Assembly (NCBI GenBank): GCA_012270875.1
Contig: JAAXHI010000454.1
Coordinates: forward strand, 827-36,903
DNA: 36,077 nucleotides
From: Candidatus Poribacteria bacterium
GTDB lineage: Bacteria > Poribacteria > WGA-4E > WGA-3G
Direction of reading: 5' to 3'
The stretch's first letter is position 1, and each line of letters starts with the position of its first letter. This document shows, in pieces, positions 1 through 9,171 of the stretch. The position numbers and the translations under genes were made by a program. The notes under the pieces were generated by a model that saw only the letters and a list, made by a program, of their open reading frames with translations, had not been told where the DNA came from and did not search any database.

Positions 1-92
1 CGCCTGCGTGGGTGCCAGAGTCGTTCTTCTCTGTTTCACCAAGTGCAGAAAAAATGACAACGCTTTGGGGCGAACTCAAGCAACACGAATAG
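1..92 (+). CDS. 3' end of a secreted protein with the TTxWG C-terminal motif (probably another TolB-like propeller); 5'-truncated by the window
   Basis: Frame 3 reads PAWVPESFFSVSPSAEKMTTLWGELKQHE* (TAG 90-92), the same SVSP..TTxWGELK tail as the genes at 3758-8962. Not in the ORF track. Confidence 0.85.
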   Translation, partial: PAWVPESFFSVSPSAEKMTTLWGELKQHE

Positions 93-193
93 TTAACCCC
101 TCCAACTTACAAGGCAGGTAATGCGTCTCTGTAAGCACATGATTTTTTTCCACGATGCACGTTTTCTGTCCCGAAATCGCGTCTTTAATAATA

Positions 194-351
194 TAGCCCA
201 GGTTGCTACTAACGAGTTTTGGACGTTCTAACAGCGTTTCGCTGCCCTTTTCTTCACCCCGTAGGGGTGCTATATCTATAGAAGCGGGTATATTCAGGTG
301 ACCGCACCCCGTAGGGGTGCTATGTTTATAAATAAGTGGCAACTTGCGTTA
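194..351. mobile_element. MITE-like element with imperfect terminal inverted repeats enclosing two REP-like palindromes
   Basis: Left end TAGCCCAGGTTGCTACT (194-210) matches the reverse complement of AGTGGCAACTTGCGTTA (335-351) at 13/17 positions. A further left-end copy TAACCGAAGTTGCTACT lies at 358-374. Confidence 0.5.
255..323. repeat. Two identical REP-like hairpins CACCCC-GTA-GGGGTG-CTAT, 50 bp apart
   Basis: CACCCCGTAGGGGTGCTAT at 255-273 and 305-323. Confidence 0.85.
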
Positions 352-416
352 ATATAATAACCGAAGTTGCTACTCATAAGATTTTAGATGTTGAAACTCC
401 GTTATTTTGTACCGTG

Positions 417-447
417 ATGCACGTCGCATTTGGGTGAGTACACCGCA
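417..447. repeat. Dispersed repeat, copy 1 (copy 2 at 27958-27988)
   Basis: ATGCACGTCGCATTTGGGTGAGTACACCGCA versus ATGCACGTCGCATTTGGGCGAGTACGCCGCA. Confidence 0.85.
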
Positions 448-472
448 AAACTTTTAGTGTGCGTCTCCGCAA

Positions 473-542
473 GCACAATCTGGAAGATTATGCTACAAAG
501 CACACAATCTGGTGGCACAATCTGGAAGATTATGCTACAAAG
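473..542. repeat. Tandem REP-like palindromes GCACAATCTGGAAGATTATGCTACAAAG
   Basis: Identical 28-bp copies at 473-500 and 515-542, partial copy at 503-512. Stem GCACAATCT/AGATTATGC followed by CTAC (GTAG on the minus strand). Confidence 0.85.
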
Positions 543-626
543 AAGGTAACTGTATGCGTATGAGTCGTTCAGTTAAGTGTTTTGACGCATACCAACGGGA
601 TTGGATCCATTCGTTAGGATAGTTTC

Positions 627-3600
627 ATGAAACAAGAAAACGATGCTCAGTTAATCGACGATATCTTGTCTGGTGACACCACCGCATTTAACATTTTGGT
701 TGAAAAGTACCAAAAGAGTGTCCACGCGCTTGTCTGGCGAAAAATCGGTGATTTTCATTACGCTGAAGAAATTACACAAGACACCTTCCTACAGGCATAT
801 AAAAAACTTTCGACGCTCAAGAATCCGAATCTATTCGCTGGATGGCTGTATGTCATTGCAAATCGGCTCAGTTTCAAGTGGCTACGAGAGCAAAAACCTG
901 TTCCACAGTCGTTGGAGACTATACCTGTGAACGAGGTAGAAGCATCCTCTTATACGCGTTATGTATCCGAGCAGCGGGATATAAACACAACCGAGAATCG
1001 CCGCGAACTCGTCCAAAAACTTCTCGAAAAACTCCCCGATAGCGAACGCACGGTTGTGACACTTTACTATCTCAGCGAAATGACGACGAAGGAGATCGGC
1101 AAATTCTTGGGGGTCTCGGTGCACACGATTACGAGTCGGCTCCAGCGAGCAAGAAAGCGTTTACAGCGGGACGAAGAACGCTTGGTTCAGGAGGTGCTCG
1201 GTGGTGTACATGTATCGGCGCGTCTCAGCGAGAATATCATGCGAGAAGTCGGAAAGATAGAAACGACATCGCCACCGGTTAGCAAACCGTTGCTACCGTG
1301 GGCGGCTTTTGGTGCAGCTGCGGTCTTAATTGCCTTGCTGCTCGGCACAAGCAACCGATACCTTGCGCGCTTTCAGAAACCGTATAGTTTCGAGGCACAA
1401 TCTGAACCTACTATCGAAATTATTGATACACTTGTTACACTTGATATTGACGCAAAACCGGATGTTCGGAATCAGATTGGACAGGCTGCGTTCCCCGGTA
1501 AAAGCAACAGTACGGGTTTACAGACCTCTGAAACGTCGCTGGCAGCTACAGTTGGAGTGGATGCTGCAAAGTTTTCTACTTCTCGGTGGAGGCAGGTATC
1601 TGGTCCTCAACAGGGTCCCGCCTATGGCATCTTTACTACACCTGAAGGGACGCTCCACGTCTCTACACAGACAGGTATTTACAGATTACCAACGGGAGAA
1701 ACTGCGTGGGCGCGCATCAATGCCAATCGACCAATTAGCTGGGGCTATATGCCAATGGCAGCATATAGGGATACTCTCTATAGTGTCTCTACTAATGAAA
1801 TCTTCACTTCGAGCGACGATGGCGAGACGTGGCACGTCTTTTGCCCGCGACCCAGCGGACGCACTGTTGGATTGGTAGTAACCGATGCGCCGCAATCCAC
1901 CCGCTCACGAACAGCTGTTACAATGTATCTCGCCCTCCGAGATAAAGGCGTTTTCCAATCTACGGATGCTGGCACCGAGTGGAATTTGCTTAACGAAGGA
2001 TTAACAAACAAACGCATTTACAGAATCGCTGCGATTGAAAACACGGTATTTGTTGGGACAAACGAAGGACTCTACCGTCTCAACGCAGGTGTTTGGGAGG
2101 AATTATCGGTAGACCCTTCTAAAACTGCCCAATCCTTTGAGAACTTTGGAGACAAGACACCTGCTAACACAGACAGCGGTGTCTATCGTCTTAGCTCAGG
2201 TATTTGGGAACAGGTGCCAATAGAATTTGTTAATGCTATTCATTGCTTGACAGCCTTTGAGAACAATCTTTATGTTGGCATGGGACCGGATCTGTCTATG
2301 TGGGCGGGATCGACGAAATCGGAATTAGCGGAATTAGGCGTAATAGTGAATGTGAACTCGGTACAAGGCAAAATTTTTCACTCAGCAGATTTGGGGAAAT
2401 CATGGACTGAGATAACGCCTCAGGATAAACCGCTCTTTTTTACAGTCCTAACCGGTATAAAACTTTTGGTGGTGGGTGAGACGCTCCTCGCGCGAGGAAT
2501 CGAACAATTCCGGTCAACAGACGCGGGGCGGACTTGGACGCAACTGGACACTGCCTCTGGTCTGTCTCCACTTGATTCCCGACGAATAGTCGCGGCGGAT
2601 GAAAGGGTTTTTTACACAATTGGCGGAAACGGTGTTTATCGCACAACGGATGCTGGCGACTCATGGCACCTGTTTATGGATGGCATCATGGGGACAGGGA
2701 TCCGAAGTCTGATAGCATTCAATAACAGGCTTTGTGCGTATACCGGCAGCGACATCGTGCAGTCAACCGACGGTGGCGAATCGTGGGAAAAAATTCCGGT
2801 TGATGCTGGCGATTCCTTCATGTTATCTTATGGTTCAAAATTAAGGGTTAGCGATGGTAATCTTTATGGCATTGCATCTGAAGCGAGAAACCTTCGTATT
2901 TTCGGTCTATCAGGGGATGGTAATACCCTCGTTCTAACACAAAAAAGCCCTAATCTTGATGAAGAAACGCTTTCCACCGAGTCGTGGAAAACTCTTGCAG
3001 CGGCAGAACGGATCCGTTTACCTGATGACCTCGAAGAGAACCCTGCGTTGACAAAAACGTTGCGGAGTATGATGACCGTTGCAAGGGTCAGTGGATTTGC
3101 AGTCAGTGGTGGGACATTCTACGTCGAGTACCTGCGGCGGCTTTTCAAGTGGAAACTCGGCGACCTGGAATGGACGGATACTGGATTAATAGACCTTACG
3201 CAAAAATCCGCCTCGAGTCAGGGAGGCTATGGGTTCAAGTTAGCCGCATCCGGAGAAACCGTCTACGTCGGGAAGCGGGATGGTAAGTTATTCCAATCAT
3301 TTGACGGTGGAGACAGTTGGAGAGACATCACGCTGATCCTTCCACTTCGTTTCACGTATTTCAAGGAGATAGTTTTTGTCGGACCAACGGTTTATGTCGC
3401 AACAGATACAGGTGTTTTGGCTTCACAGAACGGGGAACACTGGCGCGTGCTGACCGATGAAATGGGGCAGCGTCCCGTTATAGACAAGTTCGCTGTAGAT
3501 GGCACCACGGTTTATGGTGCTGGCGATGCGGGTGTCTATCGTTTAGGGAACCGTGGCAAGTGGGAGCAGGTTTCGTCAAGCGTCCCGGGTAAAGTTATCT

Positions 3601-3704
3601 CTCTCGCCATCAATAACAACAGACTTTATGTTGTTACCTCACAGCGTGGGTTATTTCACATCTCGCTTGATGAGAAATTGCACAATGTCTCAACCAATGA
3701 ATAG
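627..3704 (+). CDS. ECF sigma factor fused through a TM helix to an extracytoplasmic Asp-box/BNR beta-propeller (divergent paralog)
   Basis: Region 2 AEEITQDTFLQAY..FAGWLYVIA; region 4 LPDSERTVVTLYY..EIGKFLGVSVHTITSRLQRAR; hydrophobic PWAAFGAAAVLIALLLG; repeated S-x-D-x-G-x-[TS]-W motifs. Confidence 0.92.
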   Translation: MKQENDAQLIDDILSGDTTAFNILVEKYQKSVHALVWRKIGDFHYAEEITQDTFLQAYKKLSTLKNPNLFAGWLYVIANRLSFKWLREQKPVPQSLETIPVNEVEASSYTRYVSEQRDINTTENRRELVQKLLEKLPDSERTVVTLYYLSEMTTKEIGKFLGVSVHTITSRLQRARKRLQRDEERLVQEVLGGVHVSARLSENIMREVGKIETTSPPVSKPLLPWAAFGAAAVLIALLLGTSNRYLARFQKPYSFEAQSEPTIEIIDTLVTLDIDAKPDVRNQIGQAAFPGKSNSTGLQTSETSLAATVGVDAAKFSTSRWRQVSGPQQGPAYGIFTTPEGTLHVSTQTGIYRLPTGETAWARINANRPISWGYMPMAAYRDTLYSVSTNEIFTSSDDGETWHVFCPRPSGRTVGLVVTDAPQSTRSRTAVTMYLALRDKGVFQSTDAGTEWNLLNEGLTNKRIYRIAAIENTVFVGTNEGLYRLNAGVWEELSVDPSKTAQSFENFGDKTPANTDSGVYRLSSGIWEQVPIEFVNAIHCLTAFENNLYVGMGPDLSMWAGSTKSELAELGVIVNVNSVQGKIFHSADLGKSWTEITPQDKPLFFTVLTGIKLLVVGETLLARGIEQFRSTDAGRTWTQLDTASGLSPLDSRRIVAADERVFYTIGGNGVYRTTDAGDSWHLFMDGIMGTGIRSLIAFNNRLCAYTGSDIVQSTDGGESWEKIPVDAGDSFMLSYGSKLRVSDGNLYGIASEARNLRIFGLSGDGNTLVLTQKSPNLDEETLSTESWKTLAAAERIRLPDDLEENPALTKTLRSMMTVARVSGFAVSGGTFYVEYLRRLFKWKLGDLEWTDTGLIDLTQKSASSQGGYGFKLAASGETVYVGKRDGKLFQSFDGGDSWRDITLILPLRFTYFKEIVFVGPTVYVATDTGVLASQNGEHWRVLTDEMGQRPVIDKFAVDGTTVYGAGDAGVYRLGNRGKWEQVSSSVPGKVISLAINNNRLYVVTSQRGLFHISLDEKLHNVSTNE

Positions 3705-3757
3705 GTGCTGACCTTGAGGAATTACATACGCGCAATACATTCTCGGAGAAACATGTA

Positions 3758-4780
3758 ATGAAACGAATACTCGTTTTATGTGTGCTCAGTTTAATGTTGT
3801 TATCTATGGGCATTTGTGCTGTCTCAGCGAAAGCACCGACAACGCCGAAAATCTTGTTTACGTCCGCACGCGATGGCAACTATGAAGTCTATATCATGAA
3901 CCCGGATGGTAGTGAAAAGGTGAACTTGACCCAGCATCCCGATGGTGATAGCGGGGCTGTGTGGTCTCCGAGGGGTGATAAGATTCTCTTTGCCTCGAAT
4001 CGCCAAGGCACGGGTGTGCGAGACCTGTATCTGATGGATCCAGATGGGTCGAATATCCGCCGCGTCTTCAAGAAAAAAGTAAAGGGTTGGCGACATAGAC
4101 CGGCATGGTCTCCTGATGGCAAACAGTTTGCTTACAATTATACTGACTGGGACCGTCGAAAGTACGGTCACTATCTTGGGACGTTTGGCGAAGAAGATGC
4201 CGAACCTCTCCCGTATGGGAATGGCCCTGCGTGGTCTCCAGACGGTTCCGAAATCGCCTGTTCTGTATCTCATCAATTTGGGTCTCGACTGACCTTTATC
4301 AACGTCCGCACACGAGAGACGGAACAACCGCTTCTGGATAAAGTACTCTTGTGGCAATACCATCCATCTTGGTCTGCTGCGGGGGACAGGCTGGCGATTT
4401 CTGGGAACAAACATCCCATTCCTGACATCAAGGATAAGGAGCTGCACGAGGCGAGGGAGCTGCACAACGTATGGGGAAATAAAGGCACTATCTATATCGT
4501 CAACCGCGACGGCACAGGTCTGCGCCAACTTGTTGATGAAGCCGGTCCCAGAGCATTGTGGCCTGCGTTATCGCCGGACGGTTCGGAAGTGCTTTATACA
4601 CAGGAGATTAACGGACAGTGGCAAATTTTCAAGTTGGATATAAACAGTAGGGTTCGGACGCAGCTGACGCATATTTCACGGAATTTTGGTGGGGATTGGT
4701 TTGATCCGGCGTATACGTTGGCAGTAGCACCGCAGCCGCACTTGCTATCGACGACCTGGGGAGATGTCAAAAAACAGTAG
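3758..4780 (+). CDS. Secreted TolB-like (PD40) beta-propeller with TTTWG C-terminal motif, copy A
   Basis: Signal peptide, ILFTSARDGNYEVYIMNPDG, repeated PAWSPDG, C-terminus VAPQPHLLSTTWGDVKKQ. Confidence 0.9.
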   Translation: MKRILVLCVLSLMLLSMGICAVSAKAPTTPKILFTSARDGNYEVYIMNPDGSEKVNLTQHPDGDSGAVWSPRGDKILFASNRQGTGVRDLYLMDPDGSNIRRVFKKKVKGWRHRPAWSPDGKQFAYNYTDWDRRKYGHYLGTFGEEDAEPLPYGNGPAWSPDGSEIACSVSHQFGSRLTFINVRTRETEQPLLDKVLLWQYHPSWSAAGDRLAISGNKHPIPDIKDKELHEARELHNVWGNKGTIYIVNRDGTGLRQLVDEAGPRALWPALSPDGSEVLYTQEINGQWQIFKLDINSRVRTQLTHISRNFGGDWFDPAYTLAVAPQPHLLSTTWGDVKKQ

Positions 4781-4790
4781 AGGAACTCGT

Positions 4791-5837
4791 ATGAAAACGA
4801 TACAGTCGTTAGTTCTTGTTTTATTAATCCTGTCGGTGTTAAATGTGTGTGCTTTTCCGCTCTTTGCAAAAGCACCAATAACGCCGAAAATCTTGTTTAG
4901 TTCCAGTCGGGATGGTAATTGGGAGGTGTACATGATGAACCCAGACGGTTCTGAACAGGTGAACCTGACACAGCACCGCGCTGACGATATGAGTGCAGTG
5001 TGGTCTCCGAGGGGTGATAAGATCCTCTTCGTCTCAAATCGACAAGGCACGGGTGTGCGAGACCTGTATCTGATGGACCCTGATGGCTCCAATGTCCGCC
5101 GCGTTTTCAAGAGAAGAGCAAGGGGACAGAGAACTAATCCGACATGGTCTCCCGATGGCAAACAGTTTACTTACAGTTACGTGGACTGGGATCGTTGGGA
5201 GTTCGGTCTCTATCTTGGGACGTTTGGCGAAGAAGATGCCGAAGAACTCCCGGATGGGAATTCCCCGGATTGGTCGCCGGACGGCACCGAAATCGCCTTT
5301 TCTATATCGCATCAATTTGGGTCTCGCCTGACATTTATGGATGTCCGTACCCGAAAGCTGGAACAACCGCTCCCCGATAAAGCACTACAATGGCAACGCA
5401 ATCCATCCTGGTCTGCTGTGGGAGATAGACTTGCGATTACTGGGAACAGGCATCTGTTACCGGTCATCGACGGAAAGGAACTGGACGAGGCAAGGGCTCT
5501 GCACGAGGCATGGTCGGATAAACACACAGTCTTCATCGTCAATCGCGATGGCACGGGTCTCCGGCAACTGATTGAGGAAGACGGTTCCCGAGCAAGTGCT
5601 TGTGCGTTATCGCCGGACGGTTCAGAAGTGCTTTATACACAGGAGATTAACGGACAGCGCCAAATCTTCAAGATTGATGTGAACAGCGGTGTTCGGATAC
5701 AGTTGACGCATATTCCTGGTCCTTTTCCTCAAAAAACGAGTGCTGGGGGAGATTGGTTTGATCCGGCGTATGCGTTGTCGGTTTCACCACAACCGCACTT
5801 GCTAACAACGACCTGGGGAGAACTGAAAAAGGAGTAG
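4791..5837 (+). CDS. Secreted TolB-like (PD40) beta-propeller, copy B
   Basis: Start reassigned to ATG 4791 (GAGGA RBS, signal peptide MKTIQSLVLVLL). WSPDG repeats; tail VSPQPHLLTTTWGELKKE. Confidence 0.9.
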   Translation: MKTIQSLVLVLLILSVLNVCAFPLFAKAPITPKILFSSSRDGNWEVYMMNPDGSEQVNLTQHRADDMSAVWSPRGDKILFVSNRQGTGVRDLYLMDPDGSNVRRVFKRRARGQRTNPTWSPDGKQFTYSYVDWDRWEFGLYLGTFGEEDAEELPDGNSPDWSPDGTEIAFSISHQFGSRLTFMDVRTRKLEQPLPDKALQWQRNPSWSAVGDRLAITGNRHLLPVIDGKELDEARALHEAWSDKHTVFIVNRDGTGLRQLIEEDGSRASACALSPDGSEVLYTQEINGQRQIFKIDVNSGVRIQLTHIPGPFPQKTSAGGDWFDPAYALSVSPQPHLLTTTWGELKKE

Positions 5838-5857
5838 GATTTTTAGGGGAAACAAGT

Positions 5858-6871
5858 ATGAGATTAGTGTTGATTTTTTTTCTAATTCTCTTGATGTTGA
5901 TGTGTGGCGGTGTGTGTCAGGTTTTTGCCAAAGCACCGACAACGCCGAAAATTCTGTTCACGTCCAGCCGGGATGGCAATCGAGAGGTCTACATGATGAA
6001 TCCGGATGGCTCCGAGCAGATAAACTTAACACAGCATCCCGCCCGTGATGGTAGTGCCGTATGGTCTCCGACGGGTGATCAGATTCTCTTTGTCTCCGAT
6101 CGCGGCGGGGTGCGGGACCTGTATTTGATGGACGCGGATGGCACAAATGTTCGGCGCGTCTTTAAGAAAAAAATACGGGCATCGAGATATGCTGCGGCGT
6201 GGTCGCCTGATGGTAAACAGTTTGCTTACAATTACTTGGACTGGGACCGTCGAAAATCCGGTCTCTATCTTGGGACGTTTGGTGAGGAGGGTGTTGACCC
6301 CTTGCCGAATGGGAGTTCCCCTGCGTGGTCTCCCGATGGTTCAGAGATTGCTTGCTCGGTCGCACATGCATTGGGAGCACGACTGACATTTATCAACGTT
6401 GATACACGCGATAGGGAACAACCGCTCCCAGATAAAACTCTACAATGGCAAGCGGCTCCGTGCTGGTCTGCTGCAGGGGATAGACTTGCGATTTCTGGGA
6501 ACAAACATCCGATCCCTGCCATCTTGGATAGGGACCTACACGAGGCATGGAACGATAAAGACACGGTCTTCATCCTCAACCGCGACGGAACCGGTCTACG
6601 TCAACTTGTTGAGGAAGCCGGGCCCGGAGCAGGGCCTTCTGCATTATCGCCGGATGGCTCGGAAGTGCTTTATTCACAGGAGATTAACGGACAGACGCAA
6701 ATTTTCAAGTTGGATATAAACAGCGGTGTTCGGACACAGTTGACGCATATTGGGGGTGCTTTTCGTCAAGCGAATGTTGGTGGTGAGTGGTTTGATCCGG
6801 CGTATACGTTGCCGGTATCACCACAGCCGCATTTGCTCACTACGACATGGGGAGATGTTAAAAAACAATAG
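5858..6871 (+). CDS. Secreted TolB-like (PD40) beta-propeller, copy A'
   Basis: Signal peptide MRLVLIFFLILL, WSPDG repeats, tail VSPQPHLLTTTWGDVKKQ. Confidence 0.9.
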   Translation: MRLVLIFFLILLMLMCGGVCQVFAKAPTTPKILFTSSRDGNREVYMMNPDGSEQINLTQHPARDGSAVWSPTGDQILFVSDRGGVRDLYLMDADGTNVRRVFKKKIRASRYAAAWSPDGKQFAYNYLDWDRRKSGLYLGTFGEEGVDPLPNGSSPAWSPDGSEIACSVAHALGARLTFINVDTRDREQPLPDKTLQWQAAPCWSAAGDRLAISGNKHPIPAILDRDLHEAWNDKDTVFILNRDGTGLRQLVEEAGPGAGPSALSPDGSEVLYSQEINGQTQIFKLDINSGVRTQLTHIGGAFRQANVGGEWFDPAYTLPVSPQPHLLTTTWGDVKKQ

Positions 6872-6881
6872 AGGAACTCCT

Positions 6882-7922
6882 ATGAAAACGATACAGTCGT
6901 TAGTTTTTGTCCTATTGCTCCTGTTGGTGCTGAATGTTAGCACCTTTCCGCTTTTTGCTGAGGTACCGACGATGCCGAAAATTTTGTTTACGTCCAGTCG
7001 GGATGGCAATCGTGAGATCTACATGATGAACCCAGACGGTTCTGAACAGGTGAACCTGACACAGCACCGCGCCGAAGATATGTTTGCTGTGTGGTCTCCG
7101 AGGGGTGATAAGATTCTCTTCGTCTCGAATCGCCAAGGCACGGGTGTGCGAGACCTATATCTGATGGACCCTGATGGCTCCAATGTCCGGCGCGTCTTCA
7201 AGAGAAAAGCAAAGGGTCGGAGAGAAAAGCCTGCATGGTCTACCGATGGCAAACAGTTTGTTTATAACTACACGGACTGGGATCGTGGAGAGTTCGAGTT
7301 CTATCTTGGGACGTTTGGCGAGGAAGATGCCGAACGCCTTCCGTATGGGAATTCCGCTGAATGGTCTCCTAACGGTACCGAAATCGCCTATTCTATATCT
7401 CATCAATTCGGAGCTCGCCTCACATTTATGGATGTCCAGACACGAAAACTGGAACAACCGCTGCCCGATAAAGCACTACAATGGCAACGCAATCCATCCT
7501 GGTCTGCTTCGGGAGATAGACTTGCGATTACTGGGAACAGGCATCTGTTACCGGTCATCGACGGAAAGGAACTGGATGAGGCAAGGGCTCTGCACAAGGC
7601 ATGGAACGATAAATACACAGTCTTCATCGTCAATCGCGACGGCACCGGCCTCCAGCAACTGATTGAGGAAGACGGGCCCGCGGCACGTGTTTCTGCGTTA
7701 TCGCCGGACGGTTCAGAGGTGCTTTATACACAGGAAATTAATGGACGTTACCAAATCTTCAAGATTGATGTGAACAGCGGTGTTCGGACGCAGTTGACGC
7801 ATGGCGGTATCGTTATTCAAGCGAATACTGGCGGAGATTGGTTTGATCCGGCGTATGCGTTGTCGGTTTCACCACAGCCACACTTGCTAACAACGACCTG
7901 GGGAGATGTGAAACAGAAGTAG
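6882..7922 (+). CDS. Secreted TolB-like (PD40) beta-propeller, copy B'
   Basis: Start reassigned to ATG 6882 (GAGGA RBS, MKTIQSLVFVLL). Very similar to 4791-5837 along its length. Confidence 0.9.
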   Translation: MKTIQSLVFVLLLLLVLNVSTFPLFAEVPTMPKILFTSSRDGNREIYMMNPDGSEQVNLTQHRAEDMFAVWSPRGDKILFVSNRQGTGVRDLYLMDPDGSNVRRVFKRKAKGRREKPAWSTDGKQFVYNYTDWDRGEFEFYLGTFGEEDAERLPYGNSAEWSPNGTEIAYSISHQFGARLTFMDVQTRKLEQPLPDKALQWQRNPSWSASGDRLAITGNRHLLPVIDGKELDEARALHKAWNDKYTVFIVNRDGTGLQQLIEEDGPAARVSALSPDGSEVLYTQEINGRYQIFKIDVNSGVRTQLTHGGIVIQANTGGDWFDPAYALSVSPQPHLLTTTWGDVKQK

Positions 7923-7942
7923 GATTTTTAGGGGAAATAAGT

Positions 7943-8962
7943 ATGAGATTAGTGTTGATTTTTTTTCTAATTCTCTTGATGTTAATGTGTGGCGGTGTGG
8001 GTCAGGTTTTTGCTGAGGCACCGACAACGCCGAAAATTTTGTTCACCTCCGCGCGGGACGGCAACTATGAAGTCTATATCATGAACCCAGATGGTACTGA
8101 ACAGATGAACTTAACACAACATCGCGGTGCGGATGTTGATGCCGTCTGGTCGCCTACAGGCGAGCAGATCCTTTTTGTTTCTGACCGTGATGGCATCCGG
8201 GATCTATATTTGATGGACCCAGATGGAGACAATGTCCGACGTGTTTTCAAGAAGGACGCTTATAGAGACGAACCGGCGTGGTCGCCCGATGGTAAACAGA
8301 TTGCTTATACATACGCCGAAGGGTTGGGCAGCCCATCTTTTATTTACATTGCGACCTTAGGTGATCAGAAAGAAGAACTTGTTGTGAGAGGCTTTTATCC
8401 GGCGTGGTCGCCTGACGGAACGGAAATCGTTTATATCACCTATGTCCCTATTGGACATGCCCGCCGAGTTACGTTTGTTGACATCCGCACACGGAAACTG
8501 ACACGCCTTCTGCCGAAAGAAGCAATGGATTGGCAAAACTTTCCGTCTTGGTTAGCCACAAGTGACAAACTCGTCTTTTCTTGGAATAAGCATCCGTTAC
8601 CGCCAGATTTCGATCCGTTGAAAGATCGTTTCCCCCCTGCATGGAGAAATAAGGAGACCATCTATATTGTGAATCGCGACGGCACTGATCTCCAACAGCT
8701 CGTCGATGAAGCCGGTGCCTATGCACAGTATCCCGCGGCATCGCCGAATGGAGATGATGTCCTTTATACACAAGAGGTTGATGGTCACTTCCAAATCTTC
8801 ATAATCAATGTGAACAGTGGCGTTCAGACACAGTTGACAGATGTTGCGGGAAGAAATCTTGGTGGGGATTGGTTTGATCCAGAATATGCGTTGCCCGTTT
8901 CACCGCAACCCCATTTGCTCACCACAACATGGGCAGATGTGAAAACCCACAAACAGCATTGA
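7943..8962 (+). CDS. Secreted TolB-like (PD40) beta-propeller, divergent fifth copy
   Basis: Same leader and signal peptide as 5858, divergent body, tail VSPQPHLLTTTWADVKTHKQH. Confidence 0.9.
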   Translation: MRLVLIFFLILLMLMCGGVGQVFAEAPTTPKILFTSARDGNYEVYIMNPDGTEQMNLTQHRGADVDAVWSPTGEQILFVSDRDGIRDLYLMDPDGDNVRRVFKKDAYRDEPAWSPDGKQIAYTYAEGLGSPSFIYIATLGDQKEELVVRGFYPAWSPDGTEIVYITYVPIGHARRVTFVDIRTRKLTRLLPKEAMDWQNFPSWLATSDKLVFSWNKHPLPPDFDPLKDRFPPAWRNKETIYIVNRDGTDLQQLVDEAGAYAQYPAASPNGDDVLYTQEVDGHFQIFIINVNSGVQTQLTDVAGRNLGGDWFDPEYALPVSPQPHLLTTTWADVKTHKQH

Positions 8963-9171
8963 AAACAGATACATCAATTCTTCTTCGCTGGCGGAGTTTC
9001 ATGAAGATTAAAATATTAATTCGGTAATTTCTTGTCGAAGTCCGGAGCCCCTTCCCAGTAAAGGGTGGTAGCCCTGGTTGCAAACCGCACCATAACTGTC
9101 AATTTTAGAAAAATCGGTTGTAGTATTAAACGGTGCTACAGCTACCTTTGCATGTCAGGAGGTTTTCAGCA

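Noticed and set aside
76-342. 88-aa minus-strand ORF
   Set aside because: It runs through REP/MITE-like repeats and overlaps the real 3' gene end at 1-92; no recognisable motif.
255-542. Possible mini-CRISPR (two direct-repeat pairs)
   Set aside because: Only two copies of each, different repeat families, no cas genes; better explained as REP-like hairpins.
545-574. Possible ECF promoter GGTAAC..CGTTCAG before the 627 gene
   Set aside because: Lacks CAGAATT and GCGTCACT, and the spacing differs. Plausible for a divergent paralog but not supportable from one copy.
3824-8794. Recurrent minus-strand and alternate-frame ORFs (e.g. MPSGDH.., MPSRL..) over the TolB array, and similar ones over the ECF genes
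   Set aside because: Shadows of repeated sense-strand motifs (WSPDG, RDG); they recur only because the genes are paralogs.
3758-8962. Calling these genes tolB
   Set aside because: Propeller-only proteins without the TolB N-terminal domain and without tolQRA/pal context.
9018-9034. 17-bp exact match AATTCGGTAATTTCTTG with 36021-36037
   Set aside because: The second copy is inside a CDS with no flanking similarity; AT-rich and probably coincidental.
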